Positions 33,203-43,341 of a DNA stretch of 64,000 nucleotides are shown here, piece after piece (the stretch's first letter is position 1; the number at the start of each line of letters is the position of its first letter). The translations under genes were made by a program, and so were the position numbers. The DNA lies in assembly GCA_913047395.1 (NCBI GenBank), contig CAJWUF010000001.1, positions 18,767 to 82,766 of the forward strand, read 5' to 3'. This DNA is from an uncultured cyanobacterium. GTDB taxonomy: Bacteria > Cyanobacteriota > Cyanobacteriia > PCC-6307 > Cyanobiaceae. The notes beneath the pieces are model-generated. The model saw only the letters and a list, made by a program, of their open reading frames with translations, had not been told where the DNA came from and made no database searches.

Positions 33203-34107
33203 AAATGTCTAACAAGTTGCGAAATCTAAGCCTTGTTATCGCTGGAGTGCTGATGACTGGGTTATCGGGATGTTCGAACGGCAAACCAGATCAATTGCGC
33301 ATCGGCTGGACCGCCTGGGCTGATGCTGACGTAATAAGCCTTATGGCTGAAAAACTAATCGAAAGCCACTATGAGCAGCCTGTCGAACGAGTTATGGCAG
33401 ATATCGGTATTCAGTACGACTCCGTCGCTCGCGGGAAGCTCGATTTGATGTTAATGGCATGGCTGCCAAAAACACACGATAAATACTGGCAAAAAGTAAG
33501 CGATCGAGTTGTAGATCTTGGCACGATGTACTCAGGCCGCATTGGCTGGGTAGTCCCTGACTATGTGCCAAAACAACGTATTAGCTCCATTAGCGATCTA
33601 AGCAACGCAAAAATTGCTAACGACTTCAACAACACAGTGCAAGGGATAGACCCGGGATCAGGGCTGATGCAGGCATCTGAGAAAGCGCTAACTGCCTATG
33701 ACCTATCGAATCTGAAACTAATTTCAGCAAGTGGTGCGGCGATGACAGCCGTTCTCGATCGGGCAATCCATGACGATCGATGGGTAGTGGTGACTGGTTG
33801 GACCCCTCACTGGATGTTTGCCCGCTATAAACTCCGCTTTCTGAAGGATCCCAAGAATGTCTTTGGTGGCCAAGAAGGCATCCATGCCATTGCACGCCTA
33901 GGGCTCGACAAAGACCATCCCAAAGTGGTCGCCTTTCTAACCCGCTTCAAGCTGTCCGATAGTCAGCTCGATGCCATGCTATTGGATGCTCAGAACACCT
34001 CAACAGAGCAAGCAGTCAACAATTACATTGCCAACAACCGCAAGCAAATCGACTACTGGATGAACGGCAATATTCAAGAGTCGAAAGATGGAAAAGCCAA
34101 ACCATAA
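33199..34107 (+). CDS. proX: glycine betaine ABC transporter substrate-binding lipoprotein
   Basis: LSGC lipobox, AWLPKTH, GIDPGSG, GWTPHWMF. Confidence 0.92.
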   Translation: MKMSNKLRNLSLVIAGVLMTGLSGCSNGKPDQLRIGWTAWADADVISLMAEKLIESHYEQPVERVMADIGIQYDSVARGKLDLMLMAWLPKTHDKYWQKVSDRVVDLGTMYSGRIGWVVPDYVPKQRISSISDLSNAKIANDFNNTVQGIDPGSGLMQASEKALTAYDLSNLKLISASGAAMTAVLDRAIHDDRWVVVTGWTPHWMFARYKLRFLKDPKNVFGGQEGIHAIARLGLDKDHPKVVAFLTRFKLSDSQLDAMLLDAQNTSTEQAVNNYIANNRKQIDYWMNGNIQESKDGKAKP

Positions 34108-34149
34108 CCACCCGCTCAGCTCTTGACCTGGTTAATAAGTTGACTTCAC

Positions 34150-35283
34150 TCAGGCATTATCTGACATCAAAGAGCTTTCAAGACCAAAGCGAATCGCTTC
34201 AGCCGCCTTTTCTTCAAAACTAAGCACCACCAGATCAACGCCAGCTTCCTGAGGATGCCAGGCATTCTCAGGAGCAGCCTCAAACCAACTGCTAATCCTG
34301 GGACCAACCATCTGCACCTGAAGAGGTAAAGCTTTGCCAGGCAGCCATAAGCGACCTTTTAGACGCAAAACCTGATGTTTTGCTGCCAACTTAGGCAGAA
34401 GTGCTTCAACCTCAGCCCGATCAACAGAAGCTTCAAAACGTACAGTGCCACTCACCATCTCCACATGGGTGTGGTCATGATGATGATCGACTCCGTGGTG
34501 ATCGCCATAAGTAAAGTCATCGTCGACATCTCGCTGGTCATTGTGTTGAGCAGAATTATTGTCGGGGTGGCTATCGACTACAGCGCTTAGGCCTAACACC
34601 ACAGCCGGATCAACCAGGCCATGACTGATTGGCATCATTGTCGTGCCAGGGCGTACCTTTTCGATAAGTTCAGTTTTGAGTTTCTCGAGGTCGTCACTGG
34701 AGACAACATCCGCTCGACTGATTAACACCAAATCAGCAGCCTCCAACTGGTCAGTGAACAACTCCTCAACAGCACTGAGATGATCAAGGCTGGGATCTTC
34801 CTGGCGCTGTCGTTCCAGCGCAGCAGGATCACCTACAGGGCTACCCGCTGCTAGGGCTTCACCATCAACGACGGTGACAACGCCATTCACATAGACCCGA
34901 GTGCGTACAGCCGGCCAATCGAGTGCCTTCAACAGTGGTCGCGGAAGAGCCAGGCCACTAGTTTCAACGACTATCCCATCGAGTTGATCCGCCCGGCCTA
35001 GCAAGATCTCCATAGTGGGTAAAAAGTCCTCCTGCACCGTGCAGCAAAGACAACCGTTATTGAGCTCTACAAGTCGGCCATCCAACTCCTCTTCCGGACA
35101 AAAGCCACAGCTACGGATTAAATCACCATCGAGGCCCACAGTGCCAAATTCATTGACCATGACCGCCAAACGCTGGCCCCCTTGAGTTAGTAAATGGCGC
35201 AGCAGGGTGGTCTTGCCGGCTCCTAAGAAACCAGTCAAAACAGTTACGGGCAAACGTTTTGAAATCAAGTCAGGACAACGCAA
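34150..35283 (-). CDS. cobW: cobalamin biosynthesis protein CobW (COG0523 GTPase)
   Basis: GFLGAGKT, GCLCCT, ETSGLALP, His-rich linker; start may lie a few codons downstream. Confidence 0.92.
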   Translation of the reverse strand: MRCPDLISKRLPVTVLTGFLGAGKTTLLRHLLTQGGQRLAVMVNEFGTVGLDGDLIRSCGFCPEEELDGRLVELNNGCLCCTVQEDFLPTMEILLGRADQLDGIVVETSGLALPRPLLKALDWPAVRTRVYVNGVVTVVDGEALAAGSPVGDPAALERQRQEDPSLDHLSAVEELFTDQLEAADLVLISRADVVSSDDLEKLKTELIEKVRPGTTMMPISHGLVDPAVVLGLSAVVDSHPDNNSAQHNDQRDVDDDFTYGDHHGVDHHHDHTHVEMVSGTVRFEASVDRAEVEALLPKLAAKHQVLRLKGRLWLPGKALPLQVQMVGPRISSWFEAAPENAWHPQEAGVDLVVLSFEEKAAEAIRFGLESSLMSDNA

Positions 35284-35291
35284 GTGGGGTA

Positions 35292-35813
35292 TCAGGAACG
35301 GCAGCCAAGGCTGTCGCGAGTGCTCAAACCACTAACGGCATTGGTGCCCTCTGCTCTGGCACATAGTTCTTTCTGCTGACGTAGATCGAGCACTGCATTG
35401 CTGAAATCAGCGCCATCGATAAGTGCATCCTTAAATCGACTCTGCATCAACATGGCGTTGGTGAAGTTAGCGCCCCTAAGATCTGCTCGATCAAAAATAG
35501 ATGCAAAAGCCACTACATTTTCAAGATCAGCCCCCTGCAGATTCGCCTCTTGCAGCTGGCTGCTGTTAAACACGGCGCCACGCAGATCGGCCCCACTAAG
35601 GTCCACACCATTAAGGTCGACCTTAAGGAAGTCCTGCTCCTTGAGATCGAATCCATGCATGTCCATGGGAAGATCCTGGTTGATTTGTTTAACCCGCAGT
35701 TCCGGAGCAGTGATTGCCATCACCGGAGAATCTGCCCAACCAAACACAAAGATTAAAAGGCATACCAGTAACAGCACTCGAAAACGGTTCCAGCAGCAGG
35801 AATAAAAATGCAT
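35292..35813 (-). CDS. pentapeptide repeat protein (exported/lumenal)
   Basis: A(D/N)LXX repeats, signal peptide, C-terminal SLGC; start reassigned to ATG 35813. Confidence 0.88.
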   Translation of the reverse strand: MHFYSCCWNRFRVLLLVCLLIFVFGWADSPVMAITAPELRVKQINQDLPMDMHGFDLKEQDFLKVDLNGVDLSGADLRGAVFNSSQLQEANLQGADLENVVAFASIFDRADLRGANFTNAMLMQSRFKDALIDGADFSNAVLDLRQQKELCARAEGTNAVSGLSTRDSLGCRS

Positions 35814-35886
35814 AGAAGAAAAAAAGGACAATAAGCCAGTAGTTTGAGCAGCCACGTTATGGCAATTGCCAACCCAGGCACACTTC

Positions 35887-36489
35887 ATGCCAATGACCCT
35901 AAGGGTGGTGGTGCCACCACATCCACTGATCGCCCACTGGCTCACGGTGCTCCGCAACGCCGGCACTCCACCTGCTATCTATGCCACCGGCATGGAAGAA
36001 CTTGGACGATGGCTTACCTATGAAGCACTGCGAGATTGGTTGCCCCACCGCCGTGAAAAGGTAACCACACTCCAGGCAGAGACGGAAGGAACCGTGGTCG
36101 AGTCCAGCGTACCGTTACTGGCACTTCCACTGCTCCCCGGAGGGCTTGAACTCTGGCAAGGTGCCCGACAGGTATTACCTAGCTGCCAACTATGCCTTGA
36201 AGGGGTGCCAGATGACATCGAAAGCAATGCCGGAATGATTATCTATGTTGATCAGATAGCCAGTGGAGAACGCCTACTAAGCATCCTTAGGCTTCTGCAG
36301 CAACAAGAAGTAGAAGCCCGCAGACTTCGGGTAATCACTGCCTTAGCATCTAGTCCAGGCCTAAAGCTACTCGGTGAAACAGTCCCAGACATCACCATTC
36401 ACAGCGCCTGCATCGATCCCGAACTCACAGAAAATGGCGAGATCAGCCCAGGCATAGGCAACCCGGCCTTGCGCCTTAACCTTAGATAA
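35887..36489 (+). CDS. upp: uracil phosphoribosyltransferase (degenerate picocyanobacterial form)
   Basis: HPLIAHWLTVLR, ELGRWLTYEA, PGIG; start taken at ATG 35887. Confidence 0.88.
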   Translation: MPMTLRVVVPPHPLIAHWLTVLRNAGTPPAIYATGMEELGRWLTYEALRDWLPHRREKVTTLQAETEGTVVESSVPLLALPLLPGGLELWQGARQVLPSCQLCLEGVPDDIESNAGMIIYVDQIASGERLLSILRLLQQQEVEARRLRVITALASSPGLKLLGETVPDITIHSACIDPELTENGEISPGIGNPALRLNLR

Positions 36490-36927
36490 CTAGCCATATA
36501 GTTAACAATATTTATGTAAATAGCACTTCAACGACTTGCAAAGTATACCCATTTTAGCAAGTATTTTTAGACCCTTCGACTTATACATTAAATCACAATA
36601 TAGCGCTATCAATGGAACACTCCCCACTAGAGCTAGCCTAGTTGGGAGATATTAATTAGTGCAAGCAAAATCATTAGATTGCTAGCTATCAACACCGACC
36701 TTGACCATCATGCCAAACAGATAACATTATGGTCGACAAGAGAATTTACAAGAAACAAAACCTATTTACATCCATTGTTCAAGCTGTGTGTATTTGTAAC
36801 ACATTTAGCGAAGGAATAAAGCGGTGACAACATTCTATTGGCCTAATGCAGAAGGTAATCAGACTGAGGAAGGATTGCCAATATTTGCCAGCACCCAAAA
36901 AGCTATTGCCAAGGCCTATGAACTATC

Positions 36928-37419
36928 TCAGCTAAAAGACTCTGTTGAAGCACTTCTCAAATCACTCAGCAAAGAGATCCTGATGATCTTTATAAATAGC
37001 TCTGCCGATACAAGAGCCAGAATCACTGAGGATAGATTAATAAGCCAGCCGATCACAAAAAACGGCAAAAGAAGAATGGATGAGATCTCACTCTGAAGAG
37101 AGCTGATAATGACATCAATGGCCGCATCGACCATCGAGAACAAGGCAGCGACAAACATAAGTATTCCTGCCCTAAAAGCATCGATAGATGAATGGTTCCC
37201 CAACCTCATAAGCAATTGGGATGTCTTCATCTGAAAGCTAGCTACTAAGGCAAACACCGCAAAAATAGTGATGCTGGCTAATTGCTGCAGGACAAACATC
37301 TCTCGGGCCTCGACCAGCAAATAAACGAGTCCTAGAAGCCATACCAGCGGGCGAAGGATTGTGATGAATACACGTATCAGCAGATTCAAGCCTCTAGTCT
37401 GTCTGACCACAAAGAACAT
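36928..37419 (-). CDS. hypothetical membrane protein
   Basis: four hydrophobic segments, 163 aa. Confidence 0.65.
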   Translation of the reverse strand: MFFVVRQTRGLNLLIRVFITILRPLVWLLGLVYLLVEAREMFVLQQLASITIFAVFALVASFQMKTSQLLMRLGNHSSIDAFRAGILMFVAALFSMVDAAIDVIISSLQSEISSILLLPFFVIGWLINLSSVILALVSAELFIKIIRISLLSDLRSASTESFS

Positions 37420-37700
37420 CTCTATCGAGCACTCATAATGGCAAGCAAAGCAATAGCTGCAATCTCAGCGTCGCTGAGTACTAAAAGAAGGCATGCCAGT
37501 TCGGCCCAATAAAGGAGCAATGACGATTAACCGTTTTTAAGCTCTGATGAGAAAATTCGTTAAGGCGCAAACTGCCGTAGTTGAGGTTATTGATGAGCAC
37601 ACGCGTTCATCTGTATTAATTGTTAGTTCAACCATCAACGAAAAAAGATCAACACAACTCTGCTACCGCGAACTAGTATTTAAAGATCGAGCCAGTATTT

Positions 37701-37994
37701 ATGGGCCAGCATCGTGAGCCAGCTACCGGCACCCTCACCTCACTAATCAGCGGGGCCGTTTTAGGCGCTGCAGGACTTGCATGGTGGCTTATCTCTGAAG
37801 CCGAACGAAGACAACGCAGCCGCCAACAGAGAGCAATGCTGCATGCCCCTCGCATGCAGGACGGATCAGAAGCTCTGGAGTCCTTCTCTGATACTGAGAA
37901 CAAAGGCCAACACCTCGAGCACCGTGTTGAAGAGCTCAACGCAGCCATTGCAGATGTGCGTAGACAGCTTGAAGATCTAGGAGCTCGGACCTAG
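37701..37994 (+). CDS. conserved hypothetical protein (TM + coiled coil)
   Basis: [33 protein letters not shown]; upstream of ilvD. Confidence 0.8.
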   Translation: MGQHREPATGTLTSLISGAVLGAAGLAWWLISEAERRQRSRQQRAMLHAPRMQDGSEALESFSDTENKGQHLEHRVEELNAAIADVRRQLEDLGART

Positions 37995-38034
37995 GGAGTC
38001 GGTAAGTTGGCGGCTGCGTCCTCAAGTCGCCACC

Positions 38035-39705
38035 ATGCTTAGATCCACCGCCATTACCCAGGGGATCCAGCGCTCTCCTAACCGAGCCATGCTGAGAGCG
38101 GTGGGTTTTGGTGATGGGGATTTCAACAAACCGATCATTGGCATAGCCAATGGCTACAGCACGATCACACCATGCAATATCGGTCTCAATGACCTAGCTC
38201 GTCGGTCAGAAGAGGCAGCGCGTCAGGCCGGCGCCATGCCTCAGATGTTTGGCACCATCACTGTTAGCGATGGCATATCAATGGGCACCGAAGGGATGAA
38301 GTATTCCCTTGTTAGCCGGGAGGTAATTGCCGATGCAATCGAAACAGCCTGCAATGGCCAAAGCATGGATGGAGTACTAGCTATAGGTGGCTGCGACAAA
38401 AACATGCCGGGCGCCATGATCGCCATGGCTCGGATGAACATCCCAGCAGTATTTGTCTATGGCGGCACGATCAAACCGGGAAAATTAGCTGGCAGCGACC
38501 TTACGGTGGTGAGCGCCTTTGAAGCAGTCGGCCAGCATGCCAGCGGCAAGATCAACGAAGAGCAGCTAACCGCTATCGAGAAGAACGCCTGCCCAGGAGC
38601 AGGCAGCTGTGGTGGCATGTTCACGGCCAACACGATGTCAGCTGTGATTGAAACATTGGGTTTAAGTCTCCCTCACAGCTCAACAATGGCGGCAGAGGAT
38701 GAAGAAAAAGCGAACAACGCAGCACGCAGTGCTGAAGTTCTTGTAGATGCCATTAAGGCAAACATCCGTCCCCTCGACCTACTAACCAAGGAGGCATTTG
38801 AAAACGCCATCAGCGTAATCATGGCTGTAGGTGGCTCTACCAATGCAGTTCTACATCTGCTGGCCATTGCTCGCACCGCAGGTATAGATCTTTGCATCGA
38901 CGACTTTGAGCGCATCCGCGAGCAAGTACCTGTGATTTGTGATCTAAAACCCAGCGGCCGCTACGTGACTGTTGATCTGCACAAAGCTGGCGGCATTCCA
39001 CAAGTAATGAAACTCTTACTAGAGGCAGGCCTACTCAATGGCGAGTGCCGCAATGTGGAAGGCAAAACCATCAGCGAGTTACTCAAGGATGTGCCATCAG
39101 AACCTTCGAGAGAACAAGATGTGATCCGGCCACTATCAAATCCTCTATATGCAAAGGGGCACCTAGCAATCCTCAAAGGGAATCTGGCCAGCGAAGGTGG
39201 TGTTGCCAAGATCAGCGGCGTAAAAACACCTGTGCTCACAGGTCCAGCCAAGGTCTTTGAAAGTGAAGAAGCATGCCTTGCCGCCATCCTCGACAACAAA
39301 GTAAAGGCTGGAGATGTAGTTGTCGTGCGCTATGAGGGTCCTGTTGGCGGTCCTGGTATGCGCGAAATGCTTGCACCAACAGCCGCTATCGTCGGCGAAG
39401 ATCTCGGTGACAAGGTGGCCCTAATAACCGATGGGCGCTTTAGCGGAGGCACCTACGGTCTAGTGGTTGGACACGTAGCACCAGAAGCGGCAGTAGGCGG
39501 CACAATCGCTCTTGTGCAAGAAGGCGACAGCATCACCGTAGATGCCGAACAGCGACTGCTTCAACTGAACATTGACGACGCTGAATTAGAACGTCGCCGT
39601 ATCGCATGGGTGAAGCCACAACCGCGCTATACAACCGGCATCCTCGGCAAATATGCACGTCTGGTAAGTAGTTCGAGCAATGGTGCTCTCACCGACCAGC
39701 CTTAA
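38035..39705 (+). CDS. ilvD: dihydroxy-acid dehydratase
   Basis: [41 protein letters not shown]. Confidence 0.97.
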   Translation: MLRSTAITQGIQRSPNRAMLRAVGFGDGDFNKPIIGIANGYSTITPCNIGLNDLARRSEEAARQAGAMPQMFGTITVSDGISMGTEGMKYSLVSREVIADAIETACNGQSMDGVLAIGGCDKNMPGAMIAMARMNIPAVFVYGGTIKPGKLAGSDLTVVSAFEAVGQHASGKINEEQLTAIEKNACPGAGSCGGMFTANTMSAVIETLGLSLPHSSTMAAEDEEKANNAARSAEVLVDAIKANIRPLDLLTKEAFENAISVIMAVGGSTNAVLHLLAIARTAGIDLCIDDFERIREQVPVICDLKPSGRYVTVDLHKAGGIPQVMKLLLEAGLLNGECRNVEGKTISELLKDVPSEPSREQDVIRPLSNPLYAKGHLAILKGNLASEGGVAKISGVKTPVLTGPAKVFESEEACLAAILDNKVKAGDVVVVRYEGPVGGPGMREMLAPTAAIVGEDLGDKVALITDGRFSGGTYGLVVGHVAPEAAVGGTIALVQEGDSITVDAEQRLLQLNIDDAELERRRIAWVKPQPRYTTGILGKYARLVSSSSNGALTDQP

Positions 39706-39715
39706 ACAAAATCAG

Positions 39716-40180
39716 CTAGCTCTGCTGAGGCAATGCCAACAATGCTCGCAACCTGCGGGCAAAAGACTCCAATGGGGCTCCGTCCTCAGGGGGCTGACAG
39801 CGCTGACCACTTCTGCCATCCATCCATACAGGATGCTGACCTTGCCAAAGCATTGGGCTATCAGGCTGATCACACCGACTCAACATCAGGTTTAGGTCCT
39901 TGCCGCTGCGGTAGATCTCAAGCTCAAGGTCATGTTCTGGATGCCTATCACCATCACGATTTCGACACTCAATGCGAACAGTGAGATCAACTGCTCCAGC
40001 AGCGATTAATTCCAAAAAAGATTCGGCTTCCTGATCGACATCAGCAATATCGATGAGCACAACAGCATGAAGCCAGGGCTTCAAACAAACATCAGCCGCT
40101 GAGGCCACGAGAACCGACAAATTCTGCGGTGCCTGTTGAATGTCATTTCCTGGCAAGAATCTCAGCTCAATTAAGGACAC
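39716..40180 (-). CDS. conserved hypothetical protein
   Basis: LELEIYRSGKDLNLML, PMLWQGQHPVWMDG pattern typical of a picocyanobacterial core hypothetical protein. Confidence 0.8.
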   Translation of the reverse strand: MSLIELRFLPGNDIQQAPQNLSVLVASAADVCLKPWLHAVVLIDIADVDQEAESFLELIAAGAVDLTVRIECRNRDGDRHPEHDLELEIYRSGKDLNLMLSRCDQPDSPMLWQGQHPVWMDGRSGQRCQPPEDGAPLESFARRLRALLALPQQS

Positions 40181-40662
40181 AAAGAAAATTCAGGACAATC
40201 ACGAAGGAAAACTTGATTTTGGGATCTAAGTCTATCGCCAAGGCGTATTAATACTCTATTCCCTATGAATGAGAACATAAGTTTTATCAGATAAGCAGAT
40301 CTAATTACAGGAACTACGCTGGTAATCAGAAGCGTGTGGTCAAATAGGAAATCATAGAAATTCTACATTGAATTAGTGAACTACTCAGATAGAGCGAACT
40401 AGGAATCGTATCGGCCAAGAATAATTTCCTCGTTTCAACTCTCCTGGTTAACCAAACGCAGAATAGTCCAACTATTACAGGCAGCTGTTCAAAACAACCA
40501 GGCGTGGAGAATACTTTTAAATGGACAATCAGCGCAGATATCCTTAACGCTGATTCTTAACCAGCTACTCAGCAGTCATGGAAACTGGCAGGTACAGGTA
40601 ATAAGTCAACAGGCTGGTGGCTGATGTCAGCTTTAAAGATACTTTCTCTAGCGCGTTGACAT

Positions 40663-40687
40663 AAAAAAAGCTCCGACTTGCGGAGCT
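40663..40687 (-). terminator. intrinsic terminator of DUF4278 gene copy 2
   Basis: AGCTCCG-CAAGT-CGGAGCT followed by a T-tract on the minus strand. Confidence 0.85.
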
Positions 40688-40721
40688 CAAGAAAAGCATT
40701 GAGTGGAATTATTCCCAACAA

Positions 40722-40895
40722 CTACTTGGTGTAATGGATGCCTCGATAATTCATCTCAGGATGAAGATCGCGCCTGGCCGATGTTCTACATGTGTTGTAG
40801 TGCTCATGGCGATAGGTCAACTCAACGCACTTTGATTGAGTAGCTGGCTCCTTGTGCTGGACATAGTCATGTCCGCGATAGAGAAGTGTGCTCAT
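40722..40895 (-). CDS. DUF4278-type small protein (YRG repeats), 57 aa
   Basis: manual translation MSTLLYRGHDYVQHKEPATQSKCVELTYRHEHYNTCRTSARRDLHPEMNYRGIHYTK*; paralog of 23240-23407. Confidence 0.85.
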   Translation of the reverse strand: MSTLLYRGHDYVQHKEPATQSKCVELTYRHEHYNTCRTSARRDLHPEMNYRGIHYTK

Positions 40896-40916
40896 AATTC
40901 AGAGTCCGATTAGCGG

Positions 40917-40976
40917 CCCAAGTCCCCGTTCCATGGCTTGGGTCGAACTGCGCCTCACTTTGTAGCGAGGTGAACG
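40917..40976 (-). ncRNA. Downstream-peptide RNA motif (glutamine-II riboswitch), copy 2
   Basis: minus strand CGTTCACCTC-loop-GAGGCGCAGTTCGACCCAAGCCATGGAACGGGGACTTGGG. Confidence 0.87.
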
Positions 40977-40980
40977 TTTT

Positions 40981-40994
40981 GTAGCGGTTGCTAC
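40981..40994. promoter_or_regulatory. NtcA-type site GTA-N8-TAC
   Basis: GTAGCGGTTGCTAC, identical to 23492-23505 and in the same position relative to the riboswitch. Confidence 0.75.
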
Positions 40995-41302
40995 AGAAGT
41001 ATCCTGCATCTAAATAGGGACGATGTCATCCAATTCGACATAAACCTTTCTTTTTTGAGACAAAGATCGTCGCTAACTACCTAGGTAGGAATACGGACAG
41101 AAAGAACCACCAACCTCTCTTGCAGAGTGGGACTTAGTAATTCAAGTGATTGATCGAATCAAGGACGAGGTCTATAAACACCTAAAGATACCTTCGATCT
41201 TTCACTGTTCATGCCGCTTTAGGCACATCTTGCAGGGGTAGCAGTAAGCAGTGTTCTGCCAGCATTGCAATACAAGCAGAACACTACGGTTTTAGTGAGT
41301 TC

Positions 41303-42691
41303 TCAGGCTGCAGCAACTCCCAATTTGTTTCGCCAACCGGGATAAAGAGCATCGGCGTCCTGTGGGAATGATTCAAAAGCGCGGGCAAACTCTCGGTGAT
41401 CGCAGGCCCAATCGATGGGGTCAGCTCCAGCAACCCAACACTCGTAGGCCTGGCGCAGTGAGATGGCACCGGCTGCCGGACTATCGAGGTGCCCGTAACT
41501 CCCGCCTCCTGCGGTATTGATCAGATTGCCATGACCCAGGTTGTTGAGAAATCCTGGCAGGCGCAGCGCGTTCATGCCGCCTGAGATTATTGGTGTTGTC
41601 GGCTTCATTCCAAGCCATTCCTGGTGGTAGGCCGGGCCGGTATAGCTATCGCGCTCGATGATGTAAGCAATGGCACGGTCGTCACGCTCACCCTCCATCT
41701 TGCCGTAGCCCATGGTGCCGACGTGAATACCGGAAGCACCCTGTAGCCGCGACATTTTGGCCAGCACGTAACCGGTGTAACCGCGCTTAGCGGAAGGCGA
41801 GGTGATCGCGCCGTGTCCGGCACGATGGTAATGCAAGTACTGATTAGGGAACCAGCGCCGGGCAGTGGTAACCATGCCTGGTCCACCGACATAACCGTCA
41901 ACTAGAAAGGCGCAATGTGTGGCGAACTCACCGAACTCTCCGAGGATATATTCGCCACGAGCAACCATCTCGTCGTGGGAATCCGCGGTGATATTGGCAG
42001 AGAACAATTTAGCGGTGCCAGTTTCATCCTGTGCGCGCCTCATGGCGTCTACCACTAAAGGGATGACCTCTTTCATTGGGGCAAAAGTCTGATTGCCTTG
42101 GGGCTCATCATTTTTGATGAAATCTCCACCCAACCAAAACTGATAGGCGGCCTCGGCAAACGGCTGTGGTCGCAAACCCAGTTTGGGCTTGATTATGGTG
42201 CCAGCGATGTAACCCCCATCAACGACCGGCCGGCCCAGGACACGCCATAGATCGGAAATATCCTTTGCCGGTCCATCGAACAATTGGACCGCTTTTGGTG
42301 GTACGAAAAAGTCGTACATCTTGGCGTGCTCGATATCTCCCATGCCCTGGTTATTGCCAATCGTCAGGGTCAAGAAAGATACGAGCATCATCTTGCCGTC
42401 GGTCATATTGCGGTCAAATAGTTCCAGTGGATAGGCGATGCGCATATCCTCGCTGGCTTCATCGATGCTGTAGACGATTGCATCGAAGCGTTTAGTGAAA
42501 TCGTCAGTGGTACAGACTTCTACGTTGGTACCGGTAGAGGATTCAGCGGCGAAGTGGGCGGCACCCTCAAGGTAGCCGGTGCCTGACTTGGGCTTCATCC
42601 GATAGGCACAGAGGATGTGTCGACCTTCATTGATGAGGGTCTGCTCATCGAGGTTGAGGTCGGCGTACCGACTGGATTGATTTAAAGCCAC
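41303..42691 (-). CDS. cbbM: ribulose-1,5-bisphosphate carboxylase/oxygenase, form II
   Basis: form II hallmarks [77 protein letters not shown]; GTG start with GGAG upstream; no small subunit nearby. Confidence 0.97.
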   Translation of the reverse strand: MALNQSSRYADLNLDEQTLINEGRHILCAYRMKPKSGTGYLEGAAHFAAESSTGTNVEVCTTDDFTKRFDAIVYSIDEASEDMRIAYPLELFDRNMTDGKMMLVSFLTLTIGNNQGMGDIEHAKMYDFFVPPKAVQLFDGPAKDISDLWRVLGRPVVDGGYIAGTIIKPKLGLRPQPFAEAAYQFWLGGDFIKNDEPQGNQTFAPMKEVIPLVVDAMRRAQDETGTAKLFSANITADSHDEMVARGEYILGEFGEFATHCAFLVDGYVGGPGMVTTARRWFPNQYLHYHRAGHGAITSPSAKRGYTGYVLAKMSRLQGASGIHVGTMGYGKMEGERDDRAIAYIIERDSYTGPAYHQEWLGMKPTTPIISGGMNALRLPGFLNNLGHGNLINTAGGGSYGHLDSPAAGAISLRQAYECWVAGADPIDWACDHREFARAFESFPQDADALYPGWRNKLGVAAA

Positions 42692-42842
42692 TACTTTTTA
42701 CTCCAAGGGTTACCCCGGCCTGACAGCATCTCGGGTCTGTCCCTGAGCGCAGCCGAATCGAGGGCATGTTGCTAAGGAAGCGAACCATAAACCTGAGTGA
42801 AATAGTCGGATAGTGACATATAAGATAAAGATCTAAATGTGA

Positions 42843-42864
42843 GAAAATACTTATATGTATTTTC
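42843..42864. promoter_or_regulatory. AT-rich palindrome upstream of cbbM (candidate operator)
   Basis: GAAAATAC-N6-GTATTTTC perfect 8-bp inverted repeat about 150 bp upstream of the cbbM start. Confidence 0.45.
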
Positions 42865-43341
42865 AAAAAAAAGTGTCGATGCAGGGCAAAGCGAAAATAT
42901 CGCCGGTTTTCCTGACTCCAGGATCCAGATCACGCCAGCGTTTCTTAGCGAGCGATGACTAGGCCATTTTTCAATAGTTTCGCGCTAGCGGTAGGTTGGA
43001 ATCAAACAACAGCGGCTCGACTGGGCTGTCAAAAGGTTGATGACTTGTGGGTCGCTGACAGTGCTCCTCAATCAACATGGCGGCATCGTCATCTCCTAAT
43101 ACTGCTGCTTTCTGCTAGAGCTCACAGCCACTTATGAGCTCCCCTAGTTCTTTTTTGCATTGCGTAGGCGATGGTATCTGTCGACGACCAGTCAAGGCTG
43201 ATATCTCAAGGTGACAATATGTCGCAGAACAGTCGTCGTATTTATCAAAGGTCGATTTGAAGTGCATTGCTATGGCTGAAACCACTTATTGCTATGGGAA
43301 TTGGTTGGGACTAGAAAGTAGATATACCGACCAGAAGGACT

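Noticed and set aside
40400-40625. Open plus-strand frame of about 70 codons
   Set aside because: No suitable start codon near its 5' end and no recognisable family.
41303-42691. Form IV RuBisCO-like protein or form I RbcL
   Set aside because: All catalytic motifs are intact and the sequence has form II signatures ([18 protein letters not shown]); no rbcS or carboxysome genes are adjacent.
42645-43137. Short ORFs in the cbbM-sodC spacer
   Set aside because: No motifs; the region is better explained as divergent promoters.
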